Source of the DNA: Prochlorococcus sp. AG-409-J16
GTDB taxonomy: Bacteria > Cyanobacteriota > Cyanobacteriia > PCC-6307 > Cyanobiaceae
DNA: 24,000 nt
Direction of reading: 5' to 3'
Assembly: GCA_003215655.1 (NCBI GenBank)
Contig: QCKB01000009.1
Location: forward strand, 33,194 to 57,193
Shown piece after piece: positions 15,538 through 23,299 of this stretch (position 1 is its first letter; every line of letters starts with the position of its first letter). Made by a program: the position numbers and the translations under genes. The notes under the pieces are model-generated. The model saw only the letters and a program-made list of their open reading frames with translations, ran no database searches and had not been told where the DNA came from.

Positions 15538-15998
15538 GGGTCCTAATTGGGGTATTACCTTCTAACTTTTACCTTTAATTGCATTCAAAACAAGTCGCGC
15601 CAACCGACCACTAACTAGCGCAAACCGAACATCTATAAGCGCAGAGATCATAAATTGATCTTCACTAGGTCTAGCTAGAGGTTTCCAGCCCGCCCCCTTG
15701 AAATTACTAAGAGCATGGCTTCTCTAGGAAAGGGGGACTCTTATCAAGGAGTCGTCAATTGATTTTTCTCATTACTTTTTGATAGATAAGGTTCTACAGA
15801 AACAAAGAATATGAGTCTTCCATTCTTCTTTCACTTTCTAAAACTAATTACTTAAATCATTGGCAGTAAGTCTTTCTAGGTTTTACCCTTTAAAAATCAC
15901 CCCCCTTAACTCAGATGGAAATCATCCAGAAGCGTTCAATTCTCTATTGAGATCTTTAAAGAAACATCAAACAGCCCAAAAATGACCTAAAAGTAGAT

Positions 15999-16481
15999 AT
16001 GCCTCAAGAAAAAAACGTCAACCGATCCAAAGAGATCAAAGAACTACTTGCCGGGATCAAAGAAGCCTTGGTTCCCTTGAGGGGACTTCTGGTAGCAATT
16101 ATTGCAATAGCCATTACCTTTGCGGATGAGCTTTATAAAATAATTTCTCAATGGAGAAAAAACAATAAAACGCCAACACTCAATCTAAGGTCAACCAAAA
16201 TTGATAAGTCGGAAGTATTTGTCAGCAAAACAAACCCCTATCAGATTCCTAAAAAAAGAACATCGAAAAAAACAGCTAAACTCAGCATTAATTCATTTAT
16301 TTACCCAACCCTAGCTACTATTAGTACAATTACTTTGATAGGAGGGGTTGGCAAACTCAATACAATTTCAAATTGGGCAGATGTACAAATAGAATGTATA
16401 GAAAAAGCTCCTGGCATTAATGGTAGAGAAAACGCGAGCATCACAAATAAAGTAATGACTTGTAATGGAGGCCATAACTAG
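15999..16481 (+). CDS. Hypothetical membrane protein
   Basis: 160-aa ATG ORF with two hydrophobic segments (LLVAIIAIAITFA and IYPTLATISTITLIGGV) separated by a Lys-rich linker. No recognisable family. Confidence 0.5.
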   Translation: MPQEKNVNRSKEIKELLAGIKEALVPLRGLLVAIIAIAITFADELYKIISQWRKNNKTPTLNLRSTKIDKSEVFVSKTNPYQIPKKRTSKKTAKLSINSFIYPTLATISTITLIGGVGKLNTISNWADVQIECIEKAPGINGRENASITNKVMTCNGGHN

Positions 16482-16858
16482 ATTTAAAAGACTAAAAGGA
16501 AGTCTGTTCGGAATTAAGTATGCAAAAAATTAATTCAAGTTTATTAGGAGATTAAACCCATATACAAATACAATTAAATATTCAGATCATCAAAGATAAT
16601 CATCATTTTTCGTCTATATATTAATTAGCTTCACCTTGTATAATTGATGCCCCCTTCTAATGGTTTGATCTATTCTTGCCTAAAGAATTAAAAACCTGGA
16701 AGGTTTCTAATTATTAGCTCTAGCATTTAAGTGATTTGTCTCATAGACAAGTCAAAGGTCCGTACCTAAAAAGAGAATAGATAGTCAAGGCATAAGCCTT
16801 TGACAGTTTGCGGGGACACAGAACCACCTCCCCTTCCTTAGATCACAGGAGATCAGTC

Positions 16859-17002
16859 ATGAATCATCTAGAAGGTGCAATCCTAATCAAGTCAATCATT
16901 CCTTTTGCTATTGGTGGAACTTTATGCGTATTGACACTCATAGGAATCAAAGAAATCTTTAAAGAGACTGTTGTTGCTTTTAGAAAAGGCTCCCACGCAT
17001 AG
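16859..17002 (+). CDS. Small (47 aa) single-TM protein
   Basis: ATG 16859 is preceded by AGGAG (16847-16851, 7-nt spacing). The product is MNHLEGAILIKSIIPFAIGGTLCVLTLIGIKEIFKETVVAFRKGSHA. The track ORF starts at an upstream TTG (16808) through a GC-rich hairpin region, which I consider 5' UTR. Confidence 0.45.
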   Translation: MNHLEGAILIKSIIPFAIGGTLCVLTLIGIKEIFKETVVAFRKGSHA

Positions 17003-17030
17003 TCAATAAACACTTCCCCCGCTTCTCCTT

Positions 17031-17055
17031 GAACCCTCTAATGGGTTTATTTTTC
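17031..17055 (+). terminator. Putative rho-independent terminator after 16859..17002
   Basis: Stem gaaccc (17031-17036) / gggttt (17043-17048, one G-U pair) with loop tctaat, followed by atttttcc. Confidence 0.4.
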
Positions 17056-17135
17056 CTATGCCAAGGTTGCAAAGGATCATTACCAACCCTATAAATAGCG
17101 TACAAACCTAACAAAAGGTAACGAGATAACTACAA

Positions 17136-17149
17136 GTAGTGTTTTGTAC
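17136..17149. promoter_or_regulatory. NtcA-consensus palindrome GTA-N8-TAC
   Basis: GTAgtgttttgTAC is an exact match to the core NtcA box. A TAN3T-like -10 element (taatgt, 17175-17180) lies 25 nt downstream, slightly longer than the canonical spacing of about 22 nt. The core motif is short, so several chance matches are expected in 24 kb. Confidence 0.25.
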
Positions 17150-17176
17150 CGATGACACTTCACTTGACAATGACTA

Positions 17177-17452
17177 ATGTCGGCGTGGCCGGGTGATGGG
17201 GATCAATCGGCCTTTCCGCAAGGGATGCCCCCAATTTGCAACTGGGGGCTTTTACAAAAAGCCTTTAAATTAAGCCAAATGAACCTTGGACTACTTTTCC
17301 TCGAATCAATCTCTTCAGGAGTGATTACTAAAGAAGAAATGAATTGGGTAACTCACCATCAAAGAAATTTCTCCCGAATTGAAGAAGCCACAGCGATTAA
17401 GCTAGGAAGGATGGTTGATCGTGGAAGCATTCAGCTTGGATGCAGAATATAG
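17177..17452 (+). CDS. Small hypothetical protein (91 aa from ATG 17177; possibly only 57 aa from ATG 17279)
   Basis: The C-terminal 57 aa (MNLGLLFLESISSGVITKEEMNWVTHHQRNFSRIEEATAIKLGRMVDRGSIQLGCRI) have normal AT-rich codon usage. The first 34 codons lie in a stretch of about 64% G+C (my count over 17181-17250) that folds into strong hairpins, so they may be leader RNA rather than coding. Confidence 0.5.
   Translation: MSAWPGDGDQSAFPQGMPPICNWGLLQKAFKLSQMNLGLLFLESISSGVITKEEMNWVTHHQRNFSRIEEATAIKLGRMVDRGSIQLGCRI
17227..17253 (+). terminator. Terminator/attenuator-like GC hairpin plus T4 inside the 5' part of ORF 17177..17452
   Basis: 7-bp G/C-rich stem gccccca (17227-17233) / tgggggc (17243-17249) with a 9-nt loop, then tttt. 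An overlapping alternative hairpin ggctttt (17247-17253) / aaaagcc (17257-17263) uses the T-run. Confidence 0.4.
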
Positions 17453-17621
17453 ACTTCATCGAAAGATCCATTTAAATCTTACATAAATTATTTACGCTCG
17501 TAAGTTCTAGTTCTTTTATTCTGTCAACTACAAATTTAAATATTCATTTATTAAAGTCCCAAAAGCCTTATTATCAATTATTTGAAGTGTTATATCATCT
17601 TCCAAAACAAAATATATTGAC

Positions 17622-17656
17622 AAAAAAAATGCCATGAAATAAATCAAGGCATTTTT
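17622..17656 (-). terminator. Rho-independent terminator of the 17673..17846 small gene
   Basis: 8-bp stem aaaatgcc (17626-17633) / ggcatttt (17648-17655) with a 14-nt loop. On the minus strand it is followed by a run of T, the complement of the A8 tract at 17622-17629. Confidence 0.6.
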
Positions 17657-17672
17657 GTAAAAAACAAATTGT

Positions 17673-17846
17673 TCAACCTTTTGGTTTAGTTATGTTGTCC
17701 TTTGCAGTTATATTCATGTTGTCATAATCGGGGCCAACTACTACACCTACTATTGCGAAAAGTGCGATCGAAACGATCCCAACATAAACCGCTGTGGGTG
17801 CTGGTGTGCCTAGAAGCGTTGCAAATGTCAAAGGGAGCATGACCAT
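17673..17846 (-). CDS. Small (57 aa) membrane protein, below ORF-track cut-off
   Basis: ATG ORF translating to MVMLPLTFATLLGTPAPTAVYVGIVSIALFAIVGVVVGPDYDNMNITAKDNITKPKG. It has one clear TM helix and is followed 17 nt downstream by a strong terminator hairpin. Confidence 0.5.
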   Translation of the reverse strand: MVMLPLTFATLLGTPAPTAVYVGIVSIALFAIVGVVVGPDYDNMNITAKDNITKPKG

Positions 17847-18214
17847 TAGATAGACCAGCTACTTATATCAGGCAACAAGTAATGAAATGCGATAACTTTT
17901 ACACCTCAATGTATCGAGTGATCGTTTATTACCTTGAAAGCCTTCGGAGTAAACCAAAAGTCAAGAAAATATCCCATCCAGAAAGAAGAATTTTCTAGGT
18001 TATCACCTCCAAGACTCGTTGATATCACTTATTTTTGCAATCACCAATGCTTTTAGTTGTCTTCACTTGACCAACTACTTGGAAATTCCTTCATAAGAGC
18101 GATCGGCTGCTTATATTCAGTAACAAAGTCGAAATCTGTTACCTACTTAAGAAAAAGTCCTCAACCATCAACTTAAGACTTAGAATCAACCACCGGTTCG
18201 AGAAGGCAACGGCA

Positions 18215-19270
18215 ATGACAGCAACAGCTTCTACAGCCCCAGCTAATGGCGTCGATGTTCTTGGCAGAAATGAGCTTCCGCCTCACCTTGATGAGAATCT
18301 TTTAACGCCTCGCTTTTACACAACTGAATTTGACAAAGCTGCAAAAACCGATCTCGAGATAGCACGAGAGGATTTTGAGGCAATGTTTAAAGAGATGGAG
18401 GCTGACTACAACCTGAAGCATTTTGATCGCAAAGCATCCCTAGATCGCCTTGATGAACTATCACCAGAAGATAAATCTATTTATGAGAGTTACTTGGTAC
18501 GTTCTGTTGTATCCGAGTTCTCTGGCTTCTTACTGTTTAAAGAGATTTCAAACCGCTTCAAGAAGTCAGGTCGACAAGAACTAGGTAAGTTTTTCCAATT
18601 TTTAGCTAGGGACGAAGCACGCCATGCTGGATTCCTTGGAAGGGCCCTAAAGGCTGAAGGTATAAATGTTGATTTACCAAATCTAGGGAAGAAAAGAGCT
18701 GCAACATTCTTCCCTCTAAGCTGGGTTTTATACTCATTATATCTCTCTGAAAAAATAGGATATTGGCGCTACATCCTTATTAATCGTCACTTAAAAGCCA
18801 ATCCTGAAAAAGTATGTGCTCCATTATTTGATTTCTTTGAGCCCTGGTGCCAAGACGAGAACCGTCATGGGGACTGTATCAATATGATGATGCGCTGCTG
18901 GCCAGGAATGACAAAAGGTTTTAGAGGGAAATTACTAAGTCGCTTCTTCCTATGGAGTGTTTTCCTTACCCACACTCTTACAGTTTGTGAGCGTGGTGAT
19001 TTCTATAAGTTACTTGGTATTGATCCAGTACTATTTGATGAAGAGGTAATTATTCAAACAAATAACACTACTCGTAATTCCTTCCCATGGGTATATAAGT
19101 TTGATGATGGGAAATTCCTAAAAATGAGAACAGAAATACTTGCAGCTTTCAAGAGTTGGAGAGGAAGTGCTGGATTAGCAAAGCCAGTTGCATTTGGCAA
19201 ATTCGTATCTTTAATCTTAAGACAATTTGCATTACCAATGGAAAAAACCGATGCTGTTCGCTATGGATAA
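18215..19270 (+). CDS. acsF: Mg-protoporphyrin IX monomethyl ester oxidative cyclase (AcsF/ChlE/CycI)
   Basis: LTPRFYTTEFDKAAK at the N-terminus. Di-iron ligand motifs are SEFSGFLLFKE...RDEARHAGFL and QDENRHGD. The size (351 aa) is typical of cyanobacterial AcsF. Confidence 0.93.
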   Translation: MTATASTAPANGVDVLGRNELPPHLDENLLTPRFYTTEFDKAAKTDLEIAREDFEAMFKEMEADYNLKHFDRKASLDRLDELSPEDKSIYESYLVRSVVSEFSGFLLFKEISNRFKKSGRQELGKFFQFLARDEARHAGFLGRALKAEGINVDLPNLGKKRAATFFPLSWVLYSLYLSEKIGYWRYILINRHLKANPEKVCAPLFDFFEPWCQDENRHGDCINMMMRCWPGMTKGFRGKLLSRFFLWSVFLTHTLTVCERGDFYKLLGIDPVLFDEEVIIQTNNTTRNSFPWVYKFDDGKFLKMRTEILAAFKSWRGSAGLAKPVAFGKFVSLILRQFALPMEKTDAVRYG

Positions 19271-19337
19271 ATCACTATCAAGGAAACAATAGAAATATCT
19301 CTAACTAATTATTTCTACTATCTAACAATCTAGGCTT

Positions 19338-19703
19338 TTAAATATCAAAAGGATTGCCTGCTTTTGATTTAACTTCTTCATATGGCTTTCCAAACTGCAT
19401 TTGATAAACCTCATCCTCATCTTGAGTTTCAGCCTCAAGTGGGCCTAGCGCCTTTGCAACGCATAAAAGCGCATAACCTTTATCGCGCATTTCTCTAGAA
19501 AGACCAATCCCTGCAGATTGATCAATCTCACCAGATATAACTCTTACAGCGCATGTAGTACAACATCCATTCCTACAAGAAAACGGCAACTGTTCACCAT
19601 GGGATTCAAAACTACGTAAAATATATTCTCCCTCTGGAACATCAAAGGTAATTGATCTTCCAGACTGTCGATTATGAATAGTGACCTTATGTACTCTTTC
19701 CAT
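19338..19703 (-). CDS. Plant-type [2Fe-2S] ferredoxin with C-terminal extension (FdC2/Fed2-like)
   Basis: Cluster ligands are in C-x4-C-x2-C...C arrangement (FSCRNGCCTTCAVRVISGEIDQS ... YALLCVA). At 121 aa it has a tail of about 20 aa beyond the usual ferredoxin end. The CRxGCCTxCA variant recalls the FdC2 subgroup, from memory only. Confidence 0.85.
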   Translation of the reverse strand: MERVHKVTIHNRQSGRSITFDVPEGEYILRSFESHGEQLPFSCRNGCCTTCAVRVISGEIDQSAGIGLSREMRDKGYALLCVAKALGPLEAETQDEDEVYQMQFGKPYEEVKSKAGNPFDI

Positions 19704-19831
19704 GTAAAGGATCTTAAGTTAAGAGATTTTTTTTTTCAATCAGGTTATAAAAAATTTAAGCACTTTAAATAATAACTACTAATTCAATCCCTTATGAAGG
19801 TTGCCTAAAAACAATCTTTATTTCAACTTGA

Positions 19832-20164
19832 TTACAAACTAATATCCCTAAACTTTGGTCCTGGTGGCAATTCTGTTGCATATTCTCGCAAAAGATCAAT
19901 ATCTAAGTTTATTGTGCTGCTCTTACCGCCAAAACGCAATTTTAACCAATTAATTGCAGTAAGGTCCTCTGCAACAACAGCCTCAAGACCAGCTTTCTCG
20001 CAAGGTAATTCCAATTTTTCCAAAATTTCAGGAGAAAGATACCAAAAAGGAACATCTTCGCCGTTTCGACTCCTTCGTTCACTGACTGTCTCACGTAACT
20101 GCCCATTTCCACTTAACTGACCAACTGGTGCCAAGAGTAAATAAAGAGCTTTAGGCTCTGCCAT
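19832..20164 (-). CDS. ycf54: Ycf54-like (DUF2488) protein, cyclase accessory factor
   Basis: From ATG 20164 the product is MAEPKALYLLLAPVGQL...RETVSERRSRNGEDVPFWYLSPEILEKLELP...AVVAEDLTAINWLKLRF. This aligns by eye with Synechocystis Ycf54 blocks YYYxLASQKFL, EEVLKERRRxY, IDFW, QPAFLxAPEL, AIVSTNxxFIxWxKLRL. The track ORF's extra 22 N-terminal residues (TTG start) are probably not translated. Confidence 0.7.
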   Translation of the reverse strand: MAEPKALYLLLAPVGQLSGNGQLRETVSERRSRNGEDVPFWYLSPEILEKLELPCEKAGLEAVVAEDLTAINWLKLRFGGKSSTINLDIDLLREYATELPPGPKFRDISL

Positions 20165-20411
20165 AAATGAATGCCTAAGAATAACTATTAGAGGAAGTAT
20201 ACCTATAGGCTCTAATCGATTCCAGCGCAACTGTTCTGAACAACAGCCTGGTTACCTATGAAAGCTCGTCAAGATTTTGAATTACGGAAGGCAAATCTTC
20301 TATTTCCAAAAGCCTCTAAGGAGAAAGCCAATCTAATGAAAAAACACTAGTAGCAATGCCTCGACTAGCTATAAAAATTGCTTTACTCTCAAGCTAATAG
20401 CGAAAAAGAGA

Positions 20412-20597
20412 ATGCACACCAACACCACTGGTTTGGTTCTTAGAGCTGTCCCAGCAGCTATTGGCATTGGTCTTACTTGGCTAGGCATAACTCTTATCAA
20501 AAATGAAAGGGAGCTCCTTTTTAGGCGACTAGAACTTGAATCTGCATTAAAAGAGAAATCAAACGCTGAGCGTAGAAAGCTCCTATTAGGAAACTAA
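20412..20597 (+). CDS. Hypothetical small membrane protein
   Basis: 61-aa ATG ORF with one TM helix (AVPAAIGIGLTWLGITLI) followed by a charged, probably helical tail (ERELLFRRLELESALKEKSNAERRK). Confidence 0.5.
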   Translation: MHTNTTGLVLRAVPAAIGIGLTWLGITLIKNERELLFRRLELESALKEKSNAERRKLLLGN

Positions 20598-20757
20598 ATA
20601 TTCCTTTTCAAAAAATAGAGGCGATGATAAAGCTAATAAACCTGCTTATTTAAACGGACTAAAACCGTATTCCAATTAGAGCTCTTCCTTCGCTTTTACT
20701 GGAAGCTTGGATAGGCAAGACAGGCAAAGCCCTTCTCTTTTAATTACCTAATACCCC

Positions 20758-21126
20758 ATGGACCTAAATGATTCAGCTGTAAGCATTCACCCTTATTACA
20801 AAGTCAACCCAGAAAACTACCAAGCCTTTAAACAACTTGCAGACGATCTCATAGAGACCACTAGAGGAGAAATGGGCTGCTTATATTATGGATTTTCATT
20901 TGCCGAGAATGAAGTCCATTGCCGCGAAGCATACAAAAATGCTGAGACACTATTAGCCCATCTGGACAATGTTGCTGATCTAAGCCAAAGAGCACTCAGT
21001 ATCTCAGAAATTACCCGGCTAGAAATTCATGGACCAGCTTTAGAAATTTCTAAATTACGTGAATTCGAACCAATGCAAAAGCTAAATCCCAAATACTTTG
21101 TTCTGGAAGGAGGTTTTAGAAACTAA
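20758..21126 (+). CDS. ABM/Dabb-fold (antibiotic biosynthesis monooxygenase-like) protein
   Basis: At 122 aa, the pattern SIHPYYKVNPENYQAFKQL...GCLYYGFSF...VHCREAYKNAETLLAHL is typical of ferredoxin-like ABM-domain proteins. Confidence 0.6.
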   Translation: MDLNDSAVSIHPYYKVNPENYQAFKQLADDLIETTRGEMGCLYYGFSFAENEVHCREAYKNAETLLAHLDNVADLSQRALSISEITRLEIHGPALEISKLREFEPMQKLNPKYFVLEGGFRN

Positions 21127-21214
21127 CTTTTATAGCCGTTCCTAAAAAGGAAACAAGCACTTAAATGATTTAATCCCTATAGTGTTAGCCATTGTCTATA
21201 AGGTCAAAATTCAA

Positions 21215-21532
21215 ATGTTTCGCAAAGAAGAAAAAAAGGCTCTAACACGACTAGGTCTACTTTCCATTGGCTGGCCTGCTGGCTTAGATAGATTCTATGA
21301 TGGAAAAATCCGCGATGGAATCCTATCGATCATTGGATGGTTATTAGTCTTCGGCAGTATTGTGTTTTTGTCACCTTGCCCAAGCAAATATCAAGGGACA
21401 AGTGAACTAACAACAATGAGTGGTCCAGATCCACTGATTATTCTTCCCTTAGCCTTTGGTGCATATGGAGTTTTTCTGATCATCCGTAAAGGGTTCAGGC
21501 TTCTACGTCAGTTTGAAACAGCAGAGAATTGA
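21215..21532 (+). CDS. TM2-domain membrane protein
   Basis: GLDRFYDGKIRDGILSIIGWLLVFG matches the TM2-domain core (GxxRFYxGxxxxGxxxLI). There are two to three TM helices. ATG 21215 is preferred over the GTG at 21182. Confidence 0.65.
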   Translation: MFRKEEKKALTRLGLLSIGWPAGLDRFYDGKIRDGILSIIGWLLVFGSIVFLSPCPSKYQGTSELTTMSGPDPLIILPLAFGAYGVFLIIRKGFRLLRQFETAEN

Positions 21533-21852
21533 GCTTTGTTTTACTGTTAATAGGTTTTTAAAATATCTATTACTTTTAAAAGAGAGACTGTATAAAAGTA
21601 AAATCCATACATCAATAATCAACCTAGGCCTTATTAAAAATATTCATATGATTTACTTTAGAAAAGAGTTTTACAAAGGCATTCAAGCATTGTCTTTATA
21701 AAATATAGTTATAAGAACAGAAGGCTTTAAATCTATACCCCAGAAGGGTCTTCAATCTTTCTCCTAAGCTGTTTTCATTGTCAAGAAAGCTCCTAATCGA
21801 TACTAATCGTTGGGTAAGAAAAATATTAATTAACTCCTAAACCTATTCCGAC

Positions 21853-21885
21853 CAATAAAAAACCTCGCAAATAATGCGAGGTTTT
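21853..21885 (-). terminator. Rho-independent terminator of the first pcb gene
   Basis: Perfect 11-bp stem aaaacctcgca (21859-21869) / tgcgaggtttt (21875-21885) with loop aataa, 55 nt downstream of the pcb stop. A U-rich tract follows on the minus strand. Confidence 0.75.
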
Positions 21886-21940
21886 AAACAGGTCTAAGCC
21901 TGAATCGATCTCTAAGGAAGCCTTAGATAAAGAGGTTTTC

Positions 21941-22990
21941 TTAAGCGTTGTTCAAGTTAATTAAAGCTTGAGGAATACGCCTAAAGTCAAACCCGCTAGC
22001 GCGCAAAGCATGCCATAGATGACCCTGAAGACAGAAAAATGCAAAGTAGTACTGAACATTGACTAAGGCTGCACGAGTTGTGTGGCCAAAGAAGTACTTA
22101 CAATCGGAGACATCGCCTGTATCGACCCAATAAGGGGAGATACCAAACCTTAACTCCAAAGGCTCACCAAACCATTCAGTTGGATAAACAGTTGTGTTTC
22201 CTGCTGCCCAAAAAGCAGCTACTACTCCCATTAAGAACAGACCAGCAAGTGACCAAGAGAGAACGGCTTCAGCTGAGAGAAGGCCAGATCCTTTGAATTT
22301 GGTGTATTCACCAATTTGCCTTGTAGCAATATGCCAGGCTCCACCTGAGATCTGTAAGAAAGCTAAGAATGCATGTCCACTCATGACATCTTCAAGGCTA
22401 TCAATGGTCAAAAAATCAAACTGATGATTAAAGACCATGCCAAAATCTCCATAGCCAGGGAAAACTGTTCTAACAGCCCCTAGTGCTGGATCATAAATGC
22501 CATGAACTCTGGCCCATTCAACGAACCAGATATTCGCAACTCCAAGGAATATCAGATGGTGGCCAAGGATAAAAGTCAAATTGTCTGGGTTATCCCATTC
22601 CAATTTGAACTTGTCCACTCGGCCAATAGGACCGCCCTGTAAGTCTGGATCAAACCACAAGGAGTGAGCTAGCGCAGCTCCTCCATAAACCATGGAAAAG
22701 ATCAAGTGGAAAATTGCGATAGTGGCTACGCCAACTCCTGTCCATACTCCAGCTTCATCAAAGCCAATGCCTATAGAAGCCAAATGGGATAGGTATATCG
22801 AACTCTGGTGTCCCATTGGGACTGAAGGGTCAAAACGAGCAAGTTCCCAAAGGCAACTTGCACCAGTCGCGAAGCAAATAATTCCTGTATGCCCGACATG
22901 CGAGCCAATAAATCGGCCTGCGCGGTTGGTCACCACAGAATTACCAACCCACCACCCGTAATTGACGTCTGGGTTTCCGTAGGTCTGCAT
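21941..22990 (-). CDS. pcb: Chlorophyll a/b-binding light-harvesting protein Pcb (CP43/IsiA family)
   Basis: MQTYGNPDVNYGWWVGNSVVTNRAGRFIGSHVGHTG is the characteristic Pcb/IsiA N-terminus. It has six hydrophobic helices with conserved His residues and lacks the large CP43 lumenal loop. The length is 349 aa. Confidence 0.93.
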   Translation of the reverse strand: MQTYGNPDVNYGWWVGNSVVTNRAGRFIGSHVGHTGIICFATGASCLWELARFDPSVPMGHQSSIYLSHLASIGIGFDEAGVWTGVGVATIAIFHLIFSMVYGGAALAHSLWFDPDLQGGPIGRVDKFKLEWDNPDNLTFILGHHLIFLGVANIWFVEWARVHGIYDPALGAVRTVFPGYGDFGMVFNHQFDFLTIDSLEDVMSGHAFLAFLQISGGAWHIATRQIGEYTKFKGSGLLSAEAVLSWSLAGLFLMGVVAAFWAAGNTTVYPTEWFGEPLELRFGISPYWVDTGDVSDCKYFFGHTTRAALVNVQYYFAFFCLQGHLWHALRASGFDFRRIPQALINLNNA

Positions 22991-23299
22991 AATTTTTAAG
23001 TGATAAAGGCAAAATAGCCTCCGAACCCTACAAGCTGCTCAATTCATATGGTCGGAATAGTTAAAGGTCTTTATTTAGTTTTCAGTCCATAGTCCTAAAT
23101 TCCTCAAAAACCGAGAAGAATTCAAGGCATTACCAAAAGCGGAAACCAGATCAAATACAAGATGTTGCATCGAATTATTCAATTTGAGGTCTATCTATAC
23201 CCAATAAGGCTTTTCTTCTCAACAAAATAAAGCTCCTATCAGAACCCTTTGAAAACTCCATAAATTAATCAACACAATCAGACCTAGATTTGATCTCAC

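Noticed and set aside
19914-20120. 68-aa ORF antisense to ycf54-like
   Set aside because: It is a shadow frame of a gene with family-level similarity.
20258-20347. 29-aa ATG ORF (MKARQDFELRKANLLFPKASKEKANLMKKH) in the ycf54 upstream spacer
   Set aside because: It is too short and low-complexity to support from sequence alone, and it has no SD or terminator. It is mentioned only as a possible micro-ORF.
21513-21701. 62-aa ORF downstream of the TM2-domain gene
   Set aside because: It is a very AT-rich, Lys/Ile/Leu low-complexity translation. It overlaps the TM2 gene's end and has no start context. It is likely a chance ORF in the spacer.
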